Position numbers and translations under genes: made by a program. 64,000 nucleotides of DNA from a virus. Taxonomy: Duplodnaviria; Caudoviricetes. The notes below the pieces were generated by a model. The model worked only from the letters and a program-made list of their open reading frames with translations, did not search any database and was not told where the DNA came from. Positions 1 to 8,678 of the stretch are shown here, piece after piece (the stretch's first letter is position 1; each line of letters begins with the position of its first letter). The stretch lies in the IMG/VR virus record IMGVR_UViG_3300037088_000771, positions 77 through 64,076 of that record. One strand, given 5' to 3'.

Positions 1-100
1 CCGAAAGCAAGTAGGTTACTGGTGCAGCGGGGTTCGAGACCCCAACCTTGATGGTTCGTTCCTGACAGGGCATGGTTGCAAAAAACAGTTCGGAGAAAAT

Positions 101-180
101 GGTGCGTTGTGCTCACTTGGCGTGAGAACTTGGCTGTCACCCATGTAAAATTAGGGGTTCGAACCCCCTACGCACCGCCA
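101..180 (+). tRNA. tRNA-Asp(GTC)
   Basis: Cloverleaf; anticodon loop ct-GTC-ac; GTTCGAA T-loop; encoded CCA. Confidence 0.85.
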
Positions 181-220
181 CTTACCCTTATTTTACTGTT
201 ATAGCGGTAAAAATGTAAGG

Positions 221-315
221 AAAAGTGCCATATATGATACTATAATGTGATTTTCACATCAAATTTACCGTTATAACAGTAAAAAGTGCCATATATGATA
301 CTATAATGTGATTTT
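221..315. repeat. 34-bp direct repeat x2 (61-bp period) with interleaved imperfect palindromes
   Basis: aaaagtgccatatatgatactataatgtgatttt at 221-254 and 282-315. Confidence 0.85.
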
Positions 316-326
316 TTTGACAAAAT

Positions 327-401
327 GCTGCTGTCTTCTAAATAGGATAGGAAAATAGACCTTCAATCTATTAAATGTGGGTTCGAATCCCATCGGCAGT
401 A
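327..401 (+). tRNA. tRNA-Glu(TTC), C33 variant
   Basis: Acceptor gctgctg/cggcagt; anticodon arm ataga-ccTTCaa-tctat. Confidence 0.75.
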
Positions 402-504
402 CAAATTGAATTGATGTCTTTCATGCATATACGTATATGAGAAAGAAAAAATGCCGTTACAGGGATGGGCACATCGTTGATGGCGGTATTCATCAATTCA
501 AGAC

Positions 505-577
505 GCTCGATTCTTCTAATGGCAAAGGAAAGCTGACTCTCAATCAGTTAACAGCAGTTCGATTCTGCTATCGAGTA
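505..577 (+). tRNA. tRNA-Glu(CTC)
   Basis: gctga-ctCTCaa-tcagt; T arm agcag-ttcgatt-ctgct. Confidence 0.85.
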
Positions 578-582
578 CAAAT

Positions 583-657
583 GTTCGGTTCGTCTAATGG
601 TTAGGACGCAAGGTTTTCATCCTTGCAATAGGGGTTCGATTCCCCTACCGAATACCA
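583..657 (+). tRNA. tRNA-Glu(TTC)
   Basis: caagg-ttTTCat-ccttg; encoded CCA. Confidence 0.9.
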
Positions 658-770
658 AACAGGGTATATTATCCCCAAAATTGGAGAAAGAGGGGAAAGT
701 ATGCCCCAAATTAGAAAGTGTTGCATATTATCAACAAAAATGCCAGTTATGATGATAATATACAACAAAT

Positions 771-854
771 AGGAGTTTAGCTCAGTTGGTTCAGAGCACC
801 TGCCTTACAAGCAGGGGGCGAAAGTTTACGTGGGTTCGAATCCCTCAACTCCTA
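771..854 (+). tRNA. tRNA-Val(TAC), long variable arm
   Basis: cctgc-ctTACaa-gcagg; extra ggc-gaaa-gtt arm. Confidence 0.85.
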
Positions 855-860
855 CAAATT

Positions 861-934
861 GCATCTTTAACTCAGTCTGGGAGAGTGTCTGTATTACAAG
901 CAGAAAGTCGGGGGTTCAAACCCCTCAAGATGCA
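861..934 (+). tRNA. tRNA-Val(TAC)
   Basis: tctgt-atTACaa-gcaga; acceptor gcatctt/aagatgc. Confidence 0.8.
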
Positions 935-1032
935 CAAAGGTGAAGGTCCGCACACAGGGGCGGACCTCACCCACATAGGCATAATAACCGATAAAGAGTA
1001 TTTATCGGCTCTACAACCGATAAAGAGTAAAT

Positions 1033-1116
1033 CCGATTGTGATGGAATTGGCAGACATGCATGGCTAAGAACCATGTGCCGTAACAGGTTTGTGGGTTCG
1101 ACTCCCACCAATCGGA
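1033..1116 (+). tRNA. tRNA-Leu(AAG)
   Basis: catgg-ctAAGaa-ccatg; long variable arm; A73. Confidence 0.85.
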
Positions 1117-1163
1117 CAATTTTTAGTAGACATGATAGTATTTATAAACAAATATGCCTACTA

Positions 1164-1628
1164 ATGAGAAATAGTTATAATAAAGAAATGATTGAATCTG
1201 CAGTTGCATCAAGTATGTGCTGGGCAGATGTATGTAGAAAATTGGGAGTACAACCAATGACTGGTTCACAAACACATTTGAAAAAAAGAGCGTGTGATTT
1301 TAATATAGATTATTCGCATTTTACTGGTAGTGGACACAAAAAAGGAAAAACATACGAAAAAAAAGATGCATTGGAATATTGTTTTAACGGTAGTACAATT
1401 AGCTCACATAAATTAAAAAACAAATTAATACGTGACGGATATAAAGAAAAACGTTGTGAAAAATGTAAAAACGATAAGTGGATGGGTGAAGACATTCCAT
1501 TAGAACTTCATCATATTGACAGTAACCATTTTAATAACGAATTAAAAAATCTTGTAATTCTTTGTGCTAATTGTCACGCAATTGAAGATGCAAAAATACA
1601 ACAACCTGTCGTGGCGCAACTGGAGTAA
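1164..1628 (+). CDS. HNH homing endonuclease
   Basis: CxxC...LELHHIDSNHFNN...LVILCANCH motif; likely start ATG 1164 (the ORF-track extension runs through tRNA genes). Confidence 0.85.
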   Translation: MRNSYNKEMIESAVASSMCWADVCRKLGVQPMTGSQTHLKKRACDFNIDYSHFTGSGHKKGKTYEKKDALEYCFNGSTISSHKLKNKLIRDGYKEKRCEKCKNDKWMGEDIPLELHHIDSNHFNNELKNLVILCANCHAIEDAKIQQPVVAQLE

Positions 1629-1688
1629 GACGCACGTGTTTTAGAAGCACGCCTTAATTGGATGTGGGTTCGAGTCCCACCGACAGGA
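1605..1688 (+). tRNA. tRNA-Leu(TAG)
   Basis: cgtgt-ttTAGaa-gcacg; overlaps the HNH stop. Confidence 0.85.
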
Positions 1689-1694
1689 CAACAA

Positions 1695-1769
1695 GCGGAT
1701 GTGCTGGAACTGGCATACAGGTTAGCCTCAGAAACTAATATTTTGTGGGTTCGAGTCCCATCATCCGCA
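1695..1769 (+). tRNA. tRNA-Leu(CAG), short variable arm
   Basis: Loop ctCAGaa; acceptor gcggatg/catccgc. Confidence 0.8.
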
Positions 1770-1775
1770 CTAAAT

Positions 1776-1849
1776 GCCCCGTTGACGTAATTGGCAACCG
1801 TACCTGTCTTAAAAGCAGTTTTCTCTCAGTTCGAGTCTGAGACGGGGTA
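1776..1849 (+). tRNA. tRNA-Leu(TAA), short variable arm
   Basis: Loop ctTAAaa; T arm ctcag-ttcgagt-ctgag. Confidence 0.8.
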
Positions 1850-1986
1850 CAAAGGTGAATGTATTCGCTGTTTGCAGCAGCAATGCCACCTGTGCCGAAT
1901 GATTCGTAGAGGGAAAAGTAGTACTTTCGAATACACCATGTATCTGCAACATCTGATGGTGGTTGAATCATTAAAAAGGCACACAT

Positions 1987-2060
1987 GGGGGATTCGCTTA
2001 GTTGGCTAAAGCATCTGCTTTGCACGCAGAAGATCAAGGGTTCGACTCCCTTATCCTCCA
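1987..2060 (+). tRNA. tRNA-Ala(TGC)
   Basis: tctgc-ttTGCac-gcaga; G3:U70. Confidence 0.9.
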
Positions 2061-2161
2061 CATAGGACTGTTTAAAGTTTTCATAGGGTATAGGTTTACC
2101 GCAAGGTTTACTGAACTGCTTAGAAAACTCAGGTGATGGCTGGTTAATGCGCATCACACAC

Positions 2162-2234
2162 GGGGCAGTGGTGACAACGGCTAACACGGTAGACCTGCAA
2201 TCTGTAAATGAGGGTTCGATTCCCTTCTGCTCCA
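2162..2234 (+). tRNA. tRNA-Ala(TGC), C33 variant
   Basis: gtaga-ccTGCaa-tctgt; G3:U70 confirms Ala. Confidence 0.8.
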
Positions 2235-2310
2235 CGTATCTCCCAAAGGGAGAAAACAATGGCTGTACGCATGCCGTAATTGCGCAATCCACTCACGGGG
2301 TGGATTTTAT

Positions 2311-2391
2311 ACGTATGTTGCCGAGTGGTCAAAGGCGATGGTCTCCAAAACCATTCCGAAAGGTTCGTGGGTTCGAATCCTACCATACGTG
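2311..2391 (+). tRNA. tRNA-Trp(CCA)
   Basis: atggt-ctCCAaa-accat; small cc-gaaa-gg variable hairpin. Confidence 0.85.
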
Positions 2392-2428
2392 CTAAAAATC
2401 AGATTATTATGAAAACGCAAAAAGCAAT

Positions 2429-2860
2429 GTGCATCCTAATAGGATGCTTACCAGAGAGGAAAAGAGACGTAGAAGGCACAGTGATGAATTTAATAAAATC
2501 TTCACATTCTTCTTAAAATCTTATCGACACAAAATACTTGATTTTTCAGGTATTGAAGTAAAAACAATAATGAACATTAATGAAGACGATGGTAAAGTCT
2601 GTTTCAAAAAATTCGACAATGGTGAATATAAAGGTATTGATTCAATATCAACCAGACATCCAAACATATTAAAAGGTGTAATTGTCGGAAAAAAATCATG
2701 GGGTTTACATGTAAAAATGTGGTCTGAAGGTATCTCTGAAGGTACATTTACCAAACGAGAAATTTTACAACAATTTATAGATAATAAAATTGAAATTCCA
2801 GAGCCGTTTTTAATTGATTTTGATAACACAATATTTAAAAAATTTCGAATGAAGCAATAG
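2429..2860 (+). CDS. hypothetical protein
   Basis: 143-aa ORF with phage-typical composition; start uncertain. Confidence 0.6.
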   Translation: MHPNRMLTREEKRRRRHSDEFNKIFTFFLKSYRHKILDFSGIEVKTIMNINEDDGKVCFKKFDNGEYKGIDSISTRHPNILKGVIVGKKSWGLHVKMWSEGISEGTFTKREILQQFIDNKIEIPEPFLIDFDNTIFKKFRMKQ

Positions 2861-2996
2861 TAAAAATCGCAGTTGTATGCAGCAGGTTGGCGTTCTGTCC
2901 AAAAGAACTAAAAGCACAACTACCACTGAGGGCAGTAATGTACCCAAACGCAATATCAGTTAGCTGCATACTATTGCTTCAAAAACTCAGAAATTT

Positions 2997-3025
2997 TGTA
3001 ACCTTTTCATTTTTTTTACGTATAA
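2997..3025 (+). promoter_or_regulatory. ECF-sigma-like promoter TGTAAC-N16/17-CGTATAA
   Basis: Same bipartite motif at 33289, 35711, 45395 (+) and 53357-53386, 55144-55172 (-), each upstream of a gene or RNA. Confidence 0.7.
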
Positions 3026-3050
3026 TAGGTATTTAAATAAAACCGTAACT

Positions 3051-3470
3051 ATGAAAAAGTTTTTAACATTAATTTTATTGCTTGTATCATTGACAGCATT
3101 TTCTCAGAAACAACATGAGAAATTTTATCAAAACATTGCTGCTGAACGCATGCATGGAAGAACTGAAGTTGTATTAGATGACAGAACTCGTGCAGATATT
3201 GTGACTGACACATTTGCAATTGAAGTTGAATTTGCTCATAAATGGGCAGAAAGTATTGGACAATCATTACATTATGCACACAAACTTCATAAAAAAGCAG
3301 GTATTGTATTAATTACTGACGGAAGAAAAGACGATAGATTTGTTCAGATATTAATGCCTGATGCAGTTGAACTTGGCATTACCGTTTGGGTTATATTCAT
3401 TAATGATAATAGCTGGGGAAAGGTTGAACCACTCATACAAAAAGACAGTACAGTGAAATTTATTTACTAA
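3051..3470 (+). CDS. signal-peptide protein with PD-(D/E)xK-like motif
   Basis: MKKFLTLILLLVSLTAFSQ leader; RADIVTD..AIEVEFAHKWAESIGQSLHY. Confidence 0.6.
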   Translation: MKKFLTLILLLVSLTAFSQKQHEKFYQNIAAERMHGRTEVVLDDRTRADIVTDTFAIEVEFAHKWAESIGQSLHYAHKLHKKAGIVLITDGRKDDRFVQILMPDAVELGITVWVIFINDNSWGKVEPLIQKDSTVKFIY

Positions 3471-3512
3471 TCTGTTGCATATCTCAAAATAAAAAACTAA
3501 TTTTGACACCTT

Positions 3513-4247
3513 ATGTTAATTATAAGTAAGAAAAAGGATTATTATGATGGTGTCGTTGGCACTATGGGTGTTGACAAAACCATTGTCTACAATCGTGATA
3601 CGGTTGAACTTGAAAACAATTTATTACCAAAACCATTCAAAGTATCCAGAGGTTATTGGGGTTTAAATCATCGTGAAAATCCTTTTCATGAACTAATCTA
3701 TCACAGCATTAATAAAGAAAAGAGAAACGTTTGTGATGAATATGCTCATTTTATCATAGGGTTCTGCGGAAAATTGTATATTGGTTGGAAACTTTACACT
3801 GAAATTGATACTGAAACTCATGCTATAAGCACCGAAATAACATATGATGCTGAATTCATGAAAACTATTTTAGAAGTAAAAAGCTGGCATGGTAATCTGG
3901 ATGATAGTATCAAATACATTTTAACTTATGATGCATTACCAATATTCAGATTTTTAAAAGTACCTGTTTTTATTTATGACGGAGATTTTGATAGAAAAAC
4001 TTTTGATAAAAGACGTAGCATTTATAACAGTCATAAACCAAAATTCTTAATTAATCCACTTTTGAAGGATTATGAATTTTATAAAGTATTCGATACATTT
4101 CAAGCATTTCAAGAAGTATCAATGTTTATGGGTGGAGTACTTGGTGCAGGTGAAAAGGAAATAACTGAAGTGGCTGATAAATATAAGATTACACAACACG
4201 GATTCAATAAATTTAGTTTTAGAAAAGATAAAGAAATAAAAAAATGA
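3513..4247 (+). CDS. hypothetical phage protein
   Basis: 244-aa ORF; KDYYD N-terminus and HGF..SFRK C-terminus. Confidence 0.7.
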   Translation: MLIISKKKDYYDGVVGTMGVDKTIVYNRDTVELENNLLPKPFKVSRGYWGLNHRENPFHELIYHSINKEKRNVCDEYAHFIIGFCGKLYIGWKLYTEIDTETHAISTEITYDAEFMKTILEVKSWHGNLDDSIKYILTYDALPIFRFLKVPVFIYDGDFDRKTFDKRRSIYNSHKPKFLINPLLKDYEFYKVFDTFQAFQEVSMFMGGVLGAGEKEITEVADKYKITQHGFNKFSFRKDKEIKK

Positions 4248-5240
4248 AAGTAAAAATAGGTGACAAAATTGTAAACGCTGAAGATGAACCAATTATGATC
4301 ATTTTCAGTAATGCTGAAGAAAGATTAACCGTTGCTAATCATTTAAAAAGCATGCCAGATGATAATCTTAAGTATTGCATGTTTAATGAATCAACTGCAA
4401 GTCGAGAAGAAGTGAAAAAATTCATGAAAATATGAAAAAGTCAATTCTTGAAAAATATGGCAATAAAGAGGTTAATCCAAAATATTATGGTACTGTTACA
4501 ATAAGCGGTAGTTCTACTGGAATGACAAACACGTTAACCAGAAAAGAATTTCAAGAAGGTAAACAGGGTTTGGTTTGGATGGACAATATAACAGGCAAAC
4601 TTGTTTTCAAAGACGATGAACAACCACTTGGCATAATGGAACAGATCAGATTAGAACAAGTCAATAAACCACCTGTAAGAGTTGAAGAAGAATTTAAAAG
4701 AATGAACGAAGCAAACAGAAAACAAAAAAATATTACTTTATATGGTGGATTTGAGTTCATTGAAAAATTAAGAAAAGCATTACCAAAGAAATATTTTAAA
4801 TAAAATGGCAGATTCAGATTACGGTACTCCTTTTGATAACAAAAAGAAAAAGGAAATGATTCAACAGCGATGTGTAATGATTAAAAACATATCAGGTCAA
4901 GACAATGTTGCGATTGGAATATGTGGTGCATATACATGTGCAAAAACAAATAAAGATGGAATGTTTAGTTCTCCGTCAGTTTCAAGTGCTTCTAAAGCAG
5001 ATAATTTGCTTAATCAGTTAGCAGCAGAAAATAAAAAATTGACACAAGAAAAAATTAAACTGAATCTTAAGGTATTGGAGTTACAAAAAGAAAATTACAG
5101 TCTTACCCAAGACAATCTTAAGTATAAATTAAAAGCTGAAGAAGAGAAAGGTAAAGTCTGGAAAGATTTAAATAAGAACATCAATAGTATTTATCAAAAA
5201 ATAGTTGACTGGTTTAACAGTTAAGTTCTTTAAAAACAAT

Positions 5241-5590
5241 GGGGGTGTTTTGGCTTTGACAGCATGGCAGACTGGTATAGTAAGCAAGTGGTAGTTGAAT
5301 CGGACTACGTTAAAAAGGTTCAAAACAACAAACGCAGAAGACATAATGTCTATTCCAACTTCTCTCACGAGAGGTAACGCAGTATTCGCAAGAAACGCTG
5401 AACTTGCAATCGCAGCATAGGAAGCAAAAAAATCGGCAAAGAACCTTCCCGCTTGAGGAAGCAAAAGACAAGACGGCTTGTTGATGTTCCGCAAACATCA
5501 GATATTTCGCTGAATCAGAAAATTCAGATAAACTTGTAGAAAACATATTGATCGCATGTTTGGACCGGGGTTCGACTCCCCGCACTTCCA
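5241..5590 (+). ncRNA. ssrA: tmRNA
   Basis: 5' gggggtg..tttgac; 3' ggaccggggttcgactccccgcacttcca; G3:U pair; tag ORF 5334-5420 AEDIMSIPTSLTRGNAVFARNAELAIAA*. Confidence 0.92.
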
Positions 5591-5610
5591 CTAACAAACA
5601 AAAATGAGCA

Positions 5611-6039
5611 ATGGCACATGATTACAAAGCAATGGAAAAAAAGCTGGATGAATTCATAAAATCTCCAGAAGGCATTGCATTTTTTGCAAAAGAACGCAAG
5701 AAAGAAGAGCTTAAACTCAAACGTTTTGTCCGTTTTGAAGAATGGTTAAAACATAATGACTTTGAAGCACTAATATCCAGATTAATTCTGGAGCATGGTG
5801 AAGAATGGAGAGAAAAATGCTACCACAAAGGTTATGAACCGTATTCAAACAACAAATTATCATTTCTTATTGATTATGTAAGTCATAATTATGAAGAAAT
5901 AAGCGTTTCACAACTTGAAAATATGTTCAACACTCAAATATGGTTCTTTAAAGGATATTATTTTAGAATTATGCATGGTCAAGGAAGTGTATTTGATTTA
6001 TATAATGGGAGTGATTTTAAACATTTATTAAGTGCATGA
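5611..6039 (+). CDS. hypothetical protein
   Basis: 142-aa ORF, ATGA-coupled to the next gene. Confidence 0.7.
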   Translation: MAHDYKAMEKKLDEFIKSPEGIAFFAKERKKEELKLKRFVRFEEWLKHNDFEALISRLILEHGEEWREKCYHKGYEPYSNNKLSFLIDYVSHNYEEISVSQLENMFNTQIWFFKGYYFRIMHGQGSVFDLYNGSDFKHLLSA

Positions 6040-6344
6040 CAACATACAATAAATTAGTTAGAGATAAAATTCTTAAAATACTAAAAAAATCTGGAGTAAA
6101 GTATAAATATCATATTGCAAAAGACAATACAGAATATCTTACCAAACTTTACGAAAAACTACAAGAAGAAATTGGTGAATTTAAAGAAAAACCAAGTGTT
6201 GAAGAATTTGCAGACATATTAGAAGTAATAGAAGCAATTGGTAAATTTCATAAATTTGAACTACCCGACATTAAAATAATAAAAACAAACAAAAAATTAG
6301 AACGTGGTAGTTTTGACAACAGAATAATACTTGAAGAATCATAA
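6036..6344 (+). CDS. MazG-like nucleoside triphosphate pyrophosphohydrolase
   Basis: YNKLVRDKI...KLQEE...EEFADILEV...ERGSF. Confidence 0.8.
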   Translation: MTTYNKLVRDKILKILKKSGVKYKYHIAKDNTEYLTKLYEKLQEEIGEFKEKPSVEEFADILEVIEAIGKFHKFELPDIKIIKTNKKLERGSFDNRIILEES

Positions 6345-6347
6345 ACT

Positions 6348-6432
6348 GGCGAAGTGGTGGAATTGGTAGACACGCAGGACTTAAAATCCTGTGGGCAGTG
6401 CGCCCGTGTGGGTTCGAGTCCCATCTTCGCTA
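6348..6432 (+). tRNA. tRNA-Leu(TAA)
   Basis: cagga-ctTAAaa-tcctg; long variable arm. Confidence 0.92.
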
Positions 6433-6843
6433 CTATTTATATAAATAAAACAATGAAAAGATCAAATATTCCAATAGATGTTTTATACGAAGAATGTATA
6501 AAAGCAGTAAGAAAAGAAATTCGAAAGGATTGTTATCAGGAAGCAAAAGAGATCATCAAATTAGCTTCAGATGAAGATTGTAGAGAATTTCTTAGATACT
6601 TTAAAGAAGATAAAGGCAATATTTGTTGCTTGGTTCTTGATAGAATAAAACGTGATTTAATTGCAGAAGGCAAAATAACGTTAAATGAAAATGATAATTT
6701 TGGAAAACCTTTGATATGGTAAAAGTAATTAAAGGCAATAAGCCAATACCACAAGATGATGATTGTCATTGCGGAAAACCACTTAGAGTGAATGACCCTG
6801 CAAAAAAGAAAATTATCAGAGTTGTAAAGAAAAAATAGTCTAC

Positions 6844-6925
6844 CCTCATGTGGGGGAACTGGTAGACCCGCACGCCTCAAAAGCGTGTGCCGAAAGGCGT
6901 GTCGGTTCGACTCCGACCATGAGGA
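6844..6925 (+). tRNA. tRNA-Leu(CAA)
   Basis: cacgc-ctCAAaa-gcgtg; long variable arm. Confidence 0.92.
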
Positions 6926-7014
6926 CAATTGAATAATTATTAGTATTTATTTAAAACTAAAAGTATGAAAAGAGGATTTGATTTCTTGTAACGCTCTAAT
7001 GCGTATACAAGATT

Positions 7015-7311
7015 ATGAAAGCAAAAACAATTGAGCAAACATCCACTAATCGTGGAGAATTTAATCGTGCATACAAGCACTATTTAGAAAAAAAAGGTAA
7101 GATTCATTGTTCATACTGTGCATATCACCGTTGTGAAAACGGTTGCGGAACAAAAATGTATGGTAGTTTAATTGGCGAAAGAATGAGATATCCTAACTGG
7201 AAACTTGTTTCAAAACAACCAAAACAATGGATAAAAAAACCCATCAAAAAAAGAATTAAATATTATGGTGGGTATCAAAGAACATATGTTGAGATTACTT
7301 TCTCAACATAA
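7015..7311 (+). CDS. basic Cys/His phage protein (CSYC..H..EN; NWK...KQW)
   Basis: 98-aa ORF preceded by a short upstream ORF. Confidence 0.7.
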   Translation: MKAKTIEQTSTNRGEFNRAYKHYLEKKGKIHCSYCAYHRCENGCGTKMYGSLIGERMRYPNWKLVSKQPKQWIKKPIKKRIKYYGGYQRTYVEITFST

Positions 7312-7314
7312 TAT

Positions 7315-7387
7315 TGCGACATCGCTCCAATGGCTAAGACACTTCTCTCATAAGGAAGGAATCAGGGTTCGATTCCCTGTGTCGCAA
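7315..7387 (+). tRNA. tRNA(CAT), probably Ile2, otherwise elongator Met
   Basis: cttct-ctCATaa-ggaag; anticodon stem identical to Ile(GAT) at 25322. Confidence 0.8.
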
Positions 7388-7391
7388 CAAA

Positions 7392-7413
7392 AAACCCGTC
7401 ATTTGACGGGTTT
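7392..7413. terminator. bidirectional intrinsic terminator
   Basis: aaacccgtca-tt-tgacgggttt between convergent units. Confidence 0.65.
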
Positions 7414-7427
7414 AAAATTCCAACATG

Positions 7428-7736
7428 TTATGCTGTAGGTGGTGTAGGGGGTGTTTTCTTAAACAACTTCTGTATATTAAGTCCTTTTATAAGAACATAA
7501 TATAAAACCATTGCATATAACCACAACCTAACAACAAGAGTAGCAAATCCTGCACCTGTTCTACCCTTAAGCGTCCAAAACGCAAGTAAAAGAACAAGAA
7601 AATTAGCAATCTCTTTCCAATTTTTCTTAATCCAAGCAAGTTCTTGTCCCAAGAACCATGTTTTGAATTTTAACCATAAACCTTTTAGCCAAGGCAGCAC
7701 AACTCCTTTAAACCAAGCTACAATTTTTTTCCACAT
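7428..7736 (-). CDS. membrane protein
   Basis: Amphipathic N-terminus and two hydrophobic segments. Confidence 0.65.
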   Translation of the reverse strand: MWKKIVAWFKGVVLPWLKGLWLKFKTWFLGQELAWIKKNWKEIANFLVLLLAFWTLKGRTGAGFATLVVRLWLYAMVLYYVLIKGLNIQKLFKKTPPTPPTA

Positions 7737-7764
7737 AATTATTTAATTTTATATAAAATTATTT

Positions 7765-8148
7765 TTATTGTTGAGCAGGGTTTATTTTATATGATCTTGC
7801 ACCCATACTCGATTGTTTGCCTGTTGGTACAATCATACCACTTTTAATTAATTCATTTGCAAGTTCTTCATTCTCGCTCCAACTTTTTAGAAAGAATTCA
7901 TTTTGTGGCAAATCTTTTGATTCTGGAAGATTGACCGACACATCAGCGTACGGTCCTTCTTCGTCCACCAAGCCTACGAATAATGCGCCATTCATGTAAT
8001 GATCAAAAGAAAAACTTACTGGTGTTTCTTCACCTGATAAATTAAGTGTAAATGCCTTACCTTGAACTCCTTCATTTAATCGTGGCATAAATGTTTTATC
8101 AAGTCTACCCATGACTTCGAAAAGTCTTTTTTTGTCCGTTGTCTTCAT
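7765..8148 (-). CDS. DUF4313-like protein
   Basis: Y.NG.L.V.L...PYADVSVNLP...ENE motif. Confidence 0.55.
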   Translation of the reverse strand: MKTTDKKRLFEVMGRLDKTFMPRLNEGVQGKAFTLNLSGEETPVSFSFDHYMNGALFVGLVDEEGPYADVSVNLPESKDLPQNEFFLKSWSENEELANELIKSGMIVPTGKQSSMGARSYKINPAQQ

Positions 8149-8150
8149 AA

Positions 8151-8603
8151 TTAATATTGATTTTCTTCATCGAAAAAAGTCACTCTACATACCTTAGTTT
8201 TAAAATCAAAATCTAATGATTGTACATATAATGTTTTACCAAGACGAAGAATTGCATCTGCTACACTAAATTTCCAAGGAAATTCTGCAATATCCTTTTC
8301 GTTCTCCTGTTCAACTTCATCTGATTGTTTGTTAAGTAATACCATTTTATAAGTACCAACAACATTATCTCCTTCAACAACGAAATTTTCAACACCGTAA
8401 TCATTTAACCAGAATGATATGTGCCATGTGATAAATATATCACTTTCACTTATATCAATATCAAAGTCATTTGAAAACGCTTCATAATTATAAAATGAAG
8501 AATTTTTTATCTCCTGACGAAATTGAAAATTTTGGTGTTCAAAAGAATATGCTTCTTTAAGCAATTTTACATACTCTTCGTGAATAATATTATTTATTTT
8601 CAT
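8151..8603 (-). CDS. hypothetical protein with IIxEE N-terminal motif
   Basis: 150-aa ORF; AGTATTTATA motif upstream on the minus strand. Confidence 0.65.
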   Translation of the reverse strand: MKINNIIHEEYVKLLKEAYSFEHQNFQFRQEIKNSSFYNYEAFSNDFDIDISESDIFITWHISFWLNDYGVENFVVEGDNVVGTYKMVLLNKQSDEVEQENEKDIAEFPWKFSVADAILRLGKTLYVQSLDFDFKTKVCRVTFFDEENQY

Positions 8604-8678
8604 TAATCGCTTAATTTTCTATAAATACTCTATGATACTTTAAAATTCTTTTATATATTTGCAAACTAATGTAATAAA

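Noticed and set aside
327-401. Reading this tRNA as an opal (TCA) suppressor, or 2162-2234 as Cys(GCA)
   Set aside because: The anticodon stems pair only with the 7-nt CC-NNN-AA loops, and G3:U70 identifies the second as Ala.
786-2516. ORF-track ORFs overlapping tRNA arrays (also 5168-5597, 13693-13974, 25415-26858, 53160-53342)
   Set aside because: These are shadow translations of tRNA, tmRNA or ncRNA genes (VGFEPT/GSNP-type peptides).
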